A DNA stretch of 62,578 nt, filler included, from Globobulimina sp. (Eukaryota), in assembly GCA_003354225.1 (NCBI GenBank). It is 40 parts of 40 records of this genome, joined end to end, with 100 filler letters (N's around TTAATTAATTAA, not from the genome) between each part and the next. Parts side by side here need not be neighbours in the genome. Positions count along the whole stretch, not along the records: positions 23,519 to 24,985 come from PIVH01016213.1; positions 25,086 to 26,552 come from PIVH01016214.1; positions 26,653 to 28,119 come from PIVH01016215.1; positions 28,220 to 29,686 come from PIVH01016216.1; positions 29,787 to 31,253 come from PIVH01016217.1; positions 31,354 to 32,820 come from PIVH01016218.1; positions 32,921 to 34,387 come from PIVH01016219.1; positions 34,488 to 35,954 come from PIVH01016220.1; 32 more parts are not named here. One strand, given 5' to 3'. Under the pieces are notes generated by a model, which saw nothing but the letters and a program-made list of their open reading frames with translations, was not told the origin of the DNA and did no database searches. How positions within the stretch are numbered: the first letter of the stretch is position 1; each line of letters begins with the position of its first letter. The translations under genes were made by a program, and so were the position numbers. Of the stretch, positions 23,519 to 34,997 are shown piece after piece.

Positions 23519-24663
23519 AACCAAATTGAATGTCCAACCACAATGATTGTAGATTCTTGCCGTTTAAAAACATACCGACAAAACTCTAACATATCTACAA
23601 ATCTTGATGTGTTGTCATCTTTTTTCGGTCCAAAATTGCACGAAGCATCGATTCGTACTGAATAGAATTCTTCCAATGCGGTTAAATTAATTCGTTTATT
23701 TTGCTGGGTATATTGAGCTATTTTTGGTATATCATTTGCTTTCGTCTTAGAATACGAATCTGGTGCTTTGCCAAACATGTTTCCAAACTCTTGTAAGCAG
23801 GATAAAATGTGCATATTTTCGAGAGGAAATGTTCTCCATCGAATAGATAGTCCAATAACAGCGGTGTCAATGGCACGCCTTAGATTTGATGCTAATACGC
23901 AGGAACTACCCTTAATATTAATGCCCATTAAACTCATTAGATCCTTTTCAATTAATTTGTCGCGAAGTTCATCGTCTTTATCTTCTTTGTTATCGTCAAT
24001 ATCAATGTGGTTAAATACAAATGTGTTGGAAGTATTTTGTGCGTTTAAACATGACAAATTGTGCAATTTTTGGAAACTTTTTCGTATTTTTGATTTTTGC
24101 GATAACGTTTCTAATTCGTCGCAAATGTTTTTCCGGCCATGATTTTGTTTTTGTTCTTGATTAGTTTCAGATGTTTTGGATTTGTCGCATTTTTTTGTAA
24201 ATGCAGTTTTTATAATATTTTTCAACTTCCACTGAGTATAATTATTTTGAATAAAGGTATTTAAATCCATTGCTTGCAATATTCCTAAATCAGATAACGG
24301 CGCATCGATATATTTGCCACCATCTTTGATGGATTTAGAATTTGACATTGATTCCAATATTCCCTTTGTTAATCTTGATACGCGGCCAACATTCGATTTT
24401 TCAGTCGCTTCATTCCACGTTGATTGAGCATGCCTGATAAATATTATTCTTTTTTTATTTAGATTTGTTGATTTGGATCTTGGTTTTGAATAATCATCAT
24501 TTTCAAGTGTTGATTCAGTTGTATTTGGATCTAGAAATTCAGCATAATTACTAATTAGATCAATAGATTGTTGTCTCAATGAAGCTGATGGATCATTTGC
24601 TTCGTTATCACAGTATTCAGATAATGTGGATTCAGCGTCAATAAATTCAACTGGTGATGTCAT
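23519..24663 (-). CDS. Histidine phosphatase (phosphoglycerate mutase-like) protein (3' partial)
   Basis: IFIRHAQSTWN, DAPLSDLG..QA, SNLRRAIDT, LQE, VVGHS. Confidence 0.85.
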
Positions 24664-25296
24664 AACGTACAGGAATATTGTCTGTTGAACGGATATTTAA
24701 TTATGATCATGAGCGTTGTTTTGCTCATAATAATTATCAATGTTATTATAAGACAACAAAGTGGCTATTTGTTAATGACAGACTTTAATTAATAATGTTA
24801 GATTGTAATTGGCTGGTCTTAAAATATGATCTACCGACTACCAATGGCCAGTGTTTGAATATATTGCATGGTGAATTACTTGGAGTGACATGGTGACCAA
24901 ACTGATGATGAGTTCACTACTAACAAATGTTAGCACGTGATAAAATATTTACGATTATTACAAGAAAAGAGGAAAATGAAAGAAANNNNNNNNNNNNNNN
25001 NNNNNNNNNNNNNNNNNNNNNNNNNNNNNTTAATTAATTAANNNNNNNNNNNNNNNNNNNNNNNNNNNNNNNNNNNNNNNNNNNNTAACCGTGTGCCAGG
25101 ATATAAAATCAAAGTTAAAGTTAAACCACTCTGTAAAAAATGGAAAGATAAAAAGTTGTATACAAAAAAGAAAATAAGAAAGATGGATAGAAAATCTATA
25201 ATGTCACACAATCAAACAAGATTAAAAACACTATAACACAAAATAAAATAAAGCAAATCAGAAAATGATTTTGAAATCACACAAATAGTTTTTTTG

Positions 25297-26304
25297 TCAT
25301 TCATTCATATGTTGATAATACTTACTCCGATCTGCTGTCCGTCCCTTCATTTTACAATCTTTATTGCTTACAATCACCGATAGTGTTTGAGCAGAAACGT
25401 TTGTAAACAGTAAATAATCTTCGTTTAATTTTTTTATTATCGCCTTTTCCGTCCTTTTATCCATTTTATTAATATTTCCTTCAAAATAAAATAAAACCAT
25501 AAAATCATTTGTGTTCAACTTATCCATTGTGTTGGCAAATTGTAATGTCATTGCAATCACTGTTTCCATATCAATATCACATTCATTTACACGGAAACAA
25601 ATTTGAAGTGCTTTTCGCTCATATTTTTTCGATAAAAATAATGATATTTGGGCGGAGTTGATTATTTTTTCAAATTGTTTGTAAGGTAAACGAAGTTCCA
25701 TATATTTGAGTTGCTTGCATTTAGTGAATATTTTATTGATTATATGTTTAGTTTCCGCCTCACTCCATCCACCGGCACCTATTGCTTGCGTTTGAAGCCC
25801 AATGCATATTCGTTGTAAATTTGATCTATGAATCAGATTATTTAATGTATCCACATTTGGATTTTCAACCACTATTTCACTTAATTTTGCAACTTTTGCT
25901 GAATCTGAATACATCTCAATGGGATTAACGCGTTCGTCATAGGCCAATGAAACAATTTGCGATGAATACAAACTAAGTAATTTGCTTCGAAACAAACAAA
26001 CCGATTCCCGCTTATTAAATATTTGCAAGATTTGTAACTTGGGAAACAATTTGGATAAATTTGTATTTTCAGCATTATACGACGATAAATGCACATTGTT
26101 GCATATTCGCAATGCTTTGAGATTTGTAAATTTTGAAAGAAATTCACAAAAAGTATCAAAATCAAATGGCGTATGTATCCTTCCAAGTTTTTTGAATTCT
26201 AATAATTGAATATTATCAAAGTTAATACATTGTAAATCCATAAGTTGTTTAATGGGTCGCTTGGTTGAACTGTGTGAAATACATAGAGCTTCTAAATGGG
26301 ACAA
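25297..26304 (-). CDS. LRR/RNI-like protein (true start unclear)
   Basis: 335-codon ORF with FTNLKALRI, FPKLQILQI, NLQRICI, CKQLKYMEL repeats. Confidence 0.55.
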   Translation of the reverse strand: MSHLEALCISHSSTKRPIKQLMDLQCINFDNIQLLEFKKLGRIHTPFDFDTFCEFLSKFTNLKALRICNNVHLSSYNAENTNLSKLFPKLQILQIFNKRESVCLFRSKLLSLYSSQIVSLAYDERVNPIEMYSDSAKVAKLSEIVVENPNVDTLNNLIHRSNLQRICIGLQTQAIGAGGWSEAETKHIINKIFTKCKQLKYMELRLPYKQFEKIINSAQISLFLSKKYERKALQICFRVNECDIDMETVIAMTLQFANTMDKLNTNDFMVLFYFEGNINKMDKRTEKAIIKKLNEDYLLFTNVSAQTLSVIVSNKDCKMKGRTADRSKYYQHMNE

Positions 26305-26743
26305 ATTATTAATATGCTCGCCATTGGAATTTATGTTATGTTAGCTTACACTTTATGTTATGACAAATTATTAACAAGAATCACTTTTTGGAATATGTTA
26401 TGTTAGCTTACAGTAGTGTTCCGGATAAGATATACGCATATGATCTAATCATATATATATAGTAGCTTCGATCATATATAAATAAATGGTGGACCTGTCA
26501 AGGGATCATATATGATCATATACTAATATATATAGTATCATATGATGTTTAANNNNNNNNNNNNNNNNNNNNNNNNNNNNNNNNNNNNNNNNNNNNTTAA
26601 TTAATTAANNNNNNNNNNNNNNNNNNNNNNNNNNNNNNNNNNNNNNNNNNNNAGTTTTTTCTGCTTGCGAGCATGTTTTTTTTAGCAATCTAAGCGAGTA
26701 AACAAAAGTTTCGTTTGACTTTAGACTAGTTTTTCGTTTGACA

Positions 26744-27622
26744 ATGGTGCCTTCTGCTTGTTATGGTCTAATTTTCGCATTTGTTATGATTAATTTGGTT
26801 GTAATTAACTCAGACCTCGAGATTGAACAAACATATGCATCCGGATTGGACGAATTGTTAACATTAAATTCAACATATTCAGATTTTGTTAATCGTTTGT
26901 TTCACAAACGAAATTTATGTAATATCGAAACAATATCATGGAAAAATATGAGTGTATCTTTGTTTTATTCAAAATATTATGAAAATTTACCGTTCATTGT
27001 GGACTATGAAGAGAATAAAATAAGGAATGCTCAAATCCGAAAAGAATGTGAAATAAAAAACTTGTTATCGAATTTTGGTGATGGCGAAGTAACATTGTCC
27101 TCTTCGAATACTTATAGCTACGATAAGCAACAAATATACTTCGCAGACTATGTTCGTGATTATTATGAAAATACATTTTATAATTTAAATCCGTATAAAC
27201 CCTCCAATGAAACCTGGTATTTCTTTGGTGATAATGACTGGAATGACAATGAATGGAAGAAGTTAATTCATGACACATATGAAGTGCCTTTATTTGCTAA
27301 GTATAATAATGATATTGCCATTGCATTTGGTTTAGGCGGCATTGGTTCGGGTGTTCCATTTCATATTCATGGACATGGATTTAGTGAAGTTATTTACGGT
27401 GAAAAAAGATGGTTTTTATTTCATCCGGATATCACACCAACGTTTGAACCTAATATGACCACATTTTACTGGTTCATTCACGAGTATCCACGGATAGATT
27501 TAACGCAAAACAATTTTTATGAATGTGTGATTAAGCCGGGTCAAGCCTTATATTTCCCTGCTTATTGGTACCATGCGACATTAAATTATGCGCGATCTAT
27601 ATTTGTAACTGCTTTCATTTAG
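26744..27622 (+). CDS. JmjC-domain protein, JMJD8-like, with signal peptide
   Basis: LSSSNTYSY, ETWYFFGDN, GSGVPFHIHG.GFSEVIYG.KRWFL, PGQALYFPAYWYHATLN. Confidence 0.88.
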   Translation: MVPSACYGLIFAFVMINLVVINSDLEIEQTYASGLDELLTLNSTYSDFVNRLFHKRNLCNIETISWKNMSVSLFYSKYYENLPFIVDYEENKIRNAQIRKECEIKNLLSNFGDGEVTLSSSNTYSYDKQQIYFADYVRDYYENTFYNLNPYKPSNETWYFFGDNDWNDNEWKKLIHDTYEVPLFAKYNNDIAIAFGLGGIGSGVPFHIHGHGFSEVIYGEKRWFLFHPDITPTFEPNMTTFYWFIHEYPRIDLTQNNFYECVIKPGQALYFPAYWYHATLNYARSIFVTAFI

Positions 27623-27649
27623 CATCCTTGCACTCAATTGTAAAAACTA

Positions 27650-28119
27650 ATGTCGTCTGAAGCTGCTAGTATTTATCAACTATATGTTGATGAGAAAGGG
27701 ATAAAACCCAAGATCACCAATCATTTGACAGCTTTTGCAAAAACGAAAGGATTAAAAATCAAATATGTTGATGCCAAAAAAATAATCGCTTCCCCACCAT
27801 CAGTTGTGTTGCCTGATACATCTACACAGCAAAATGAACATAAGCATCAAAATAATTACATCAACTCGCCTCGCAATAATAAGTCAAATAACTATCCATC
27901 CGTATCAAAAACCACTTTAACATCAGTTGAGAAATGTACTGATTGTGGCAGATCAAAAAAAGGAAAAATATATGAGAGAGACGGATTATTTTATTGCCTC
28001 GAATGCTGGGATACGTATGATGAGGAATATGCATATAACGTACCTGAAAAACGGAAAGAACCAAACTCAAATACAACATTTAATCAATTAACTAAAATGT
28101 ATGATGAATATGTGACAGA
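27650..28119 (+). CDS. Hypothetical protein with CxxC..CxxC zinc ribbon (3' partial)
   Basis: CTDCG..GKIY..DGLFYCLECW; starts 27 bp after the JmjC stop. Confidence 0.55.
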
Positions 28120-28402
28120 NNNNNNNNNNNNNNNNNNNNNNNNNNNNNNNNNNNNNNNNNNNNTTAATTAATTAANNNNNNNNNNNNNNNNNNNNNNNNN
28201 NNNNNNNNNNNNNNNNNNNCTACCGTTTCCCCAACTAACGTCATTCAGGCCGTTTCCCTTGGGCCAGGTTTTGGTTTGGGCTCTGAGCTCTACAATTGCT
28301 ATACTTTTGTTATCCTTGGGTTTACATTCATATTGTATGAGCCCACCCTCCCCACCCCATTAATGCATGCCCATTGACGTAAAAACAATCTGTGTTTTTT
28401 AG

Positions 28403-29391
28403 ATATATTCTCTGTCGGTTTTTGGGCTTCTGAGCCTAGCAATTCTATGCAACGTTTGACTGCCCAGTTAAAAGTTACCCTTCTCACCAGCAAGGCTCCC
28501 CGGACTGTCAATACATATGCTCGGGCATTTGGACATTTTAAATCTTTTGCTGCTGCTCATTCCTTTTGTTGTATTCCGGTCGATCCTATCCAAGCAGCCT
28601 TATATCTACAACATGTGTTGAATTCAGCATCATCGGTATCTACTGTGTCTACTGCTCTTTATGGCATTGACTGGGCACACCGTTTGTGTGGTTTCACTGG
28701 TCCAGCTCAGCATGAGTTTTGTCGCGCTGTTTTGGAATCGGCGCGCCGGCGCTTTGGCTCTGCATCTAATGGCAAAACGGCTGCCAATGATCAGGTCTTA
28801 CAAGCGTTGTATGCTGACTGTTCTGGATCCTCCAGTCTCTTATCCTGGCGTACCTTTTTGGTCTCCCTAATAATGTTTGCTGGCTGCTTACGTTGGGATG
28901 AGATTAGTGGTTTAACTCCTGCCGATTTTACATGTACTGATCAATGTTTATTATTGTTCATTCACAAACGCAAAAACGATCAACATAAGCATGGTCAGCG
29001 AGTTCCCTTGGCTGCTACTGGTACCGTACTTTGCCCGGTCAGGAGTTTTCGGAAGTTCTGTGCATTGGCATCAATCGCCATTCCATCACCTGATTCCATA
29101 CATCCTTTCTTTTGTAATATATCTGGTCACTCCTTCAATACAAAACCACTGAGCTATTCGAACCATTTATCGCTGGTCCGCGACTGTATTGGCCGTCACT
29201 CATCGATCGATCCCAGAACAATTGGCACACATTCGTTTCGCAGTGGTGGTGCATCTGCTTTGATAGAAAATGGTGTGGATCCTAATGCCATCCGCGAATT
29301 TGGTGGATGGAAATCTGAACGCTCCATGGATCGCTATTTGCGCCGTTCCACCACCACTAAACTAGCTACATCAGCTCGAATGGGATTGTGA
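28403..29391 (+). CDS. Tyrosine recombinase of a DIRS/Ngaro/PAT-like retroelement (probable spliced 3' exon)
   Basis: T..TY..AF..F core-binding helix, catalytic R (GCLRWDE), K (KNDQ), HSFR, GGW and DRY. Confidence 0.92.
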
Positions 29392-30091
29392 TTCTATTTG
29401 TCTTCTTTTTGTATCATCATTATGTTTTTACATACCATGTTAACGTTATTACTGTTTTTTATACCAAAACCTGGCAGTTCCCCTGGCCCGTTCTTCACCT
29501 AATTCTCACCTATCATGCTTGTTAATAAAATGTGCTATTTTATTCCATTTCGTTTACACTCGTTGTGTAGTAGAGACACAAAGCGGTTTAGACCGTAGTT
29601 TACGAAGGTCTAATGGATGTTTGTGTTCTGCTATTTTCATATCTACTTTGATAGTTGAAATTGTCATTGTTCCTTTTCCAAAAACCNNNNNNNNNNNNNN
29701 NNNNNNNNNNNNNNNNNNNNNNNNNNNNNNTTAATTAATTAANNNNNNNNNNNNNNNNNNNNNNNNNNNNNNNNNNNNNNNNNNNNTGATAAAGAAAGTT
29801 GGAGGACAAAGTAAAAGTAGATTGAAAGTAAAAACTTGATTCAGAAGTTAATAAATGCGCAACACTATGAGTTTATAATGGAGAAGAAGAAGGCTAAGAC
29901 AAACACAGTAATGTTAATGATGAGTCTGACTCTGACTTTTCTGGTAATACAAATTTTGAAAAACCTAAATTTATTGAAACCTGGTCAACACACAATTCAT
30001 TCAAAACAAATCACACTTCATCGTATAGATAATACATATATAAATATAATATATAAGGACAGCAATATATACTCATCGAAAAACTATATAA

Positions 30092-31253
30092 TTACTCTCT
30101 ATTCTCTATTTGCAACAAATGCAACTCACTCATTCCTTTTCTTTCTTCAATCAACAATGATTTGCAACAATCCATTCTCGTCACAGATGCAATATTTTTT
30201 ACATCGTCATCCACGAATAAAATTTCCGTTTTATCATATTGTTCGGTCATAGCAATCATCGTAATCGCAGTGGCTTTATGTCCTTCTGCTTTTGCCATCA
30301 ATTCAGAATCTCTGCCAACAATTAAACCAAAATAATGCAACAAATTCACTCTCTCCAAAGCCCGCTCGATGACGCGCGAAAAACCAAAACTCAAAACACC
30401 AATTCTTATATTCCTCACTCGCAAGATACTAAAATGTTGATTCAATCGCTGGATTCTTTCATTTCCACCAAATATTTGAATCAATCTTTCGTCAGAAAGT
30501 GTGTCCAATTTATTCAAACCACCACCATGCAACTCGTGATACAAATGAATTGTTGTAATCGTCTGATCAAAGTCGTATAAAATCAATTTTAACGTTTCTG
30601 AGACGTCGACAAAGTTATCTTTGCTGTCAACAATACTTTCTTCATAATACGCCTTTTCATTTGCTATTACATCATCCAATATATTTTCTAACGTACCCAT
30701 TCTGGAGCGGGTGGTACATGTCATCCCTTCCGACATTGTGATACTATCATTTATTCGACGATCTTTAATGGCGAGACTATGCTCAAACATATGCATGTTC
30801 ATAACCATACTCTCGTCGTTATATTCGCCTTCCACGCCAACAGTCGTCAACGGTCGAAGCGTTTTAGTTGTCAGATTCGTCATTTTCGTATTCAATGCAT
30901 TTGCGTTTGTATGTGTCCCTATTTCTGTGTTTGTGTTGGTTTGCGTGTCATGACCATTTGTAACCGGAGCCATTTCAACATCGACATGTTCCCATTTATT
31001 GTGTACACGTTCTTCATTTTTCATTTCATGAACAGATAATTTGTCTTGTTTTGATTTCCGCCGTTTTTTATAGTAAATATATCCACAAATTAACAAAAAC
31101 GAAGAGAGTAAGAATAGGAAGAAATATAACATAATGTTAGTATTCATCCAATTGCCGACGTTGTTTGAACTTAATGCAGTCACAGTCGATAAAATTGTTT
31201 GCGATGCAGTTTGCGATGTAGTTATTGTTTGCGATGTAGTTATTGTTTGCGAT
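30092..31253 (-). CDS. Single-pass membrane protein with C-terminal HAD-superfamily phosphatase domain (5' partial)
   Basis: SQTITT repeats, TM IMLYFFLFLLSSFLLICGYIYY plus KKRRK, then HAD motifs LYDFDQT, VLSFG, K and FVDDD..N. Confidence 0.78.
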
Positions 31254-31549
31254 NNNNNNNNNNNNNNNNNNNNNNNNNNNNNNNNNNNNNNNNNNNNTTA
31301 ATTAATTAANNNNNNNNNNNNNNNNNNNNNNNNNNNNNNNNNNNNNNNNNNNNTCGATGTACAAGAGCAACATTATATTTTTATAACTAGTTATAAATCA
31401 AAGCAAACAAACAGAGTACAATTCAAAAAGGTAACGTTTTTACGAAAAGAGCCATGTGTTCAAAGAGATTATTTCGACAAAGTTTACATTCTCAATTGAA
31501 GATCTTCAAACATCGCCAATAACTTTTACATTGGATTTTTATTGCTGCG

Positions 31550-32590
31550 TCACACCTGACCTTGACAATGAACATCCGGTGTCGTCGCAGTAATATTAAT
31601 GTTTTTATTATTATACAATTCATTGCTATCCGAGCCTTCTTCGTTGAGGATATTATCATCAATGTCCTCAATGTTCCCAATCGTGTTCACAATCGTTGTA
31701 ACATTATTTACAGTGTATAAACCATCATCTGTCTCATCATCATCTTCTTGTTCAGCATTATTATCATTATCAAACTCAATCTCCCCAAAATCTGTGACAT
31801 TCGGATCATTCGTAATCATATCCATTGAGCCCGATTCTGCGCCATCAGCTATAATTTGTGCTGTTGTTTCTTGTGACATTGATATCATTTCTACATTCAA
31901 TACTTTATTATTTTTCCTTTTCTTTGATTTACGTATACATAAAATTAAAACCAAACAAACAAGGAAAATAAACAAAGCCAACAAAACAAACACTAAAATG
32001 CTTTGCAATGCATTGAGTGAACCAATTATTGTTACAGTTTTATTATTATTTGCTTTCCGTGAATGTGTTGCATTATAAATGGTTATTTCTGTCGTAGATT
32101 CAGTTGGTTTGTCTGTTGGGTAATTTATTAAAACATTAATTGTTGGATTTGGTGCCTTTGATGGCATAAATGTCGGAGATACAGTCGGATTTAATGATGG
32201 ATTATGTGTCGTTTTGGTGGGCGATATTGACGGATATAATGTTGGATTTATGGTTGGATATAATGTTGGATTTATGGTTGGATATAATGTTGGGTTTAAT
32301 GTTGGATTTGTCGTTGGGTCATTGGTTGGGTAATTGGTTGGATCATTGGTTGGGTCGTTTGTTGGATTTGTTGGATGTTTGGTTGGGTCGTTTGTTGGGC
32401 CACATGTGGCTGCAGTATTAATCACAAAGTTTGTGTATCCATTCCATGCAGAACTCGGTCCATATCCGTTTGGCGAATTCATATCAAAATATAACATTTG
32501 TTGTGGTGGACTGCAATCAGAACCAGCATTAACATCATTATCAACACATAATGCATTATAATGTGTATAATACGACATAATGTCACTCAC
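31550..32590 (-). CDS. PT-repeat (mucin-like stalk) type I membrane protein, last large exon
   Basis: 12-nt tandem units encode PTND/PTLY/PTIN; TM ILVFVLLALFIFLVCLVLILCI plus RKSKKRK; acidic tail. Confidence 0.75.
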   Translation of the reverse strand: MSDIMSYYTHYNALCVDNDVNAGSDCSPPQQMLYFDMNSPNGYGPSSAWNGYTNFVINTAATCGPTNDPTKHPTNPTNDPTNDPTNYPTNDPTTNPTLNPTLYPTINPTLYPTINPTLYPSISPTKTTHNPSLNPTVSPTFMPSKAPNPTINVLINYPTDKPTESTTEITIYNATHSRKANNNKTVTIIGSLNALQSILVFVLLALFIFLVCLVLILCIRKSKKRKNNKVLNVEMISMSQETTAQIIADGAESGSMDMITNDPNVTDFGEIEFDNDNNAEQEDDDETDDGLYTVNNVTTIVNTIGNIEDIDDNILNEEGSDSNELYNNKNINITATTPDVHCQGQV

Positions 32591-32920
32591 CTGAATATGT
32601 TCTCGGAAGCAAAAACCGACACTGTTCACATAGATTTGACAATTAACCCGTCTCTCATTCCACAAAACCAGTATGGGTGGCAACGATATTGATTTGCAAA
32701 TATTTGTTGTTGAATTCGTTCGCATCGCCCAAGATATAATACTGTATTATTTGGAAGAACACCTGTTCACATCTCATACTCAAAATATATTATTATACCG
32801 TTGAAAGGCTATGTTGTAAANNNNNNNNNNNNNNNNNNNNNNNNNNNNNNNNNNNNNNNNNNNNTTAATTAATTAANNNNNNNNNNNNNNNNNNNNNNNN
32901 NNNNNNNNNNNNNNNNNNNN

Positions 32921-34387
32921 TAACTTCTTCATCATAAATTTAAATGTTTTCTGATATTGCGATTTATCATTTTTACACATACTTTTCGCCGCTGTTTGAA
33001 CTTCCTCATGATTTGCTACATATACTTGTTCGATCGAGTTCTGTTTGCTTATTCCATTCAATTTCTTCTCCAAATCAGCAATGCTCAGATCAGTGCTATC
33101 ATTTTCTACAATAAATACATTCGCGCCCAATGCGCCTAATATTCTGTAATATGTTGTCGATGATGGCAACCAAATAAATATATTCTTCTCATAAAAACAA
33201 TTATTTTTAATATGCGTCCTTGTCCAAAACCGTATCGCTTGCAATAAATCAACTTTTGTTTTTAATTTCTGCTCACATTCATCATTGGAATTAACTTTTA
33301 ATTCGTTCCCATTGTCAGGCATTTTCCGTAATAATTCATCATCATTCATCCAACAGTATGGCTCGTACGGCAACCACTTCTTTGCTCGTTTGCATGCGTC
33401 CAAATATTCCCCTTTCATAATAATTTTCTTTCCAATAATTCCCACAATGATCTTTTCAGAACGCACTAACTTTCCCGCCACAATATATTTGAAATTGATC
33501 TCTTCATTGTCAGCACACTCTGTCTCTGCATACTGATCATCCATAACCACACCATTTAAATTATGAATAATCTCCTCATATTTGAGCTTTTTCTGACCGC
33601 CAATGCCTGTCAATAACACACCAATTTTGTGCGTCATGGTGATATGTTTGCGGATATCGCCGTTATTATTTATTTTCCTTCGTTTTTTGTTAGGTTTTAT
33701 GCTCTGTTTGGAAAAAATATCATTATCGTTGTCGAATCCGTCAATTTCATCAAATACATTTTCTTCCCCGTCGTAGTTTTCTTCCTTAAAATCTAAATCT
33801 TTGTACTTCCTTTTTCTGGCGCGCGTTATTGAATTTTTATAAATATTTTTGTTGTGCTTATTATCCGTCTCATCGCTGTTCATTTCTTTCAATTTCGAAT
33901 ATATCCATTTTGAATTTATAACTTCGATCAAATTATTTTTTTGCCGCTCTTTAACTTTCCTCATTTCCTTGGTTTTATCCGTTAATTCAATGTCAATCAT
34001 GTAATGTGTCACATTTTTATTGAACGATTTTGCTTTTTTGATATCTCTCTTTGTTGCTGTTATTAATTTAGATAACGAATTTTGTTTAGTTCTATCAATC
34101 GATCGATGGCAAAATATCACTATTTCTTTATTTCGAGTTGGTTTAATTGGTGAAATCGCGTCTATCCCTTCCATGCTTGGCTCTTTTTTCTCGTTTATTT
34201 TCCCGCATTTATCCCGCAAATTTTTTGTACTAAAATTGGTGATATCATCCATTGGATTGTCAAGTTCTATGAAATCGATAGTATCCTCCCCGTCATTCTC
34301 GATATCAATTTCAATGATACCCTGACTTTTCCTGCTGTGTTTTGGAGGCAATGTCGATGCCAAAGCAGGAGAACACAAATCATTGTT
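32921..34387 (-). CDS. Multi-BRCT domain protein (partial)
   Basis: FNKNVTHYMI..VINSKWI, VLLTGI..IIHNLNG, LVRSEK..GI.GKKIM..EYL.AC..AKKWL. Confidence 0.75.
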
Positions 34388-34487
34388 NNNNNNNNNNNNN
34401 NNNNNNNNNNNNNNNNNNNNNNNNNNNNNNNTTAATTAATTAANNNNNNNNNNNNNNNNNNNNNNNNNNNNNNNNNNNNNNNNNNNN

Positions 34488-34919
34488 ATACATAACTTTT
34501 TTCAAAATTATTTCTGGACCGTTTGATTGAAATAATTTATCATTGCATCGTGTGTCTGCCGCAATGATTGAGTGCAATAATAATGCTAATTGCTTAATGA
34601 CCAATGCTGAATTTGATGTTTTCAATGATAACAATAAATGAGATATTATTCCATTCTTTAAAATCCATTTGGCATTGTCTTTTGATTTGATATTTGTGAT
34701 CAAGTGTAAAGATGTTATTACTTTAAGTTGTATTTTGTAATTTGAATCGTTGAGATGCTTTAATAATGTTTTCAATATATATGGAATGGCGGTTTCTGTG
34801 CTATTGTATGTGCTTAAAACGTTGGCAATTTGGGTCAGAGCATCTAATTGTTTGCGCACTCCATTTGAATTGATGGAGTTTAACCATATTTGTATCTGTT
34901 GTTTTGACACAGAGGACAT
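34488..34919 (-). CDS. ARM/HEAT-repeat protein (3' partial)
   Basis: Helical repeats L..HLNDSNYKIQLK and GIISHLL.SL. Confidence 0.6.
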
Positions 34920-34997
34920 GATTAAAGACTACTATACTTTTCTTAACATGTACAAAAAATCAACGTTAATTATATTTAATCTAAAAGTACTATGTAT

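Noticed and set aside
26330-26552. Duplicated ATGTTATGTTAGCTTACA and TA-rich palindromes
   Set aside because: Low complexity at a contig end; no definable element boundaries.
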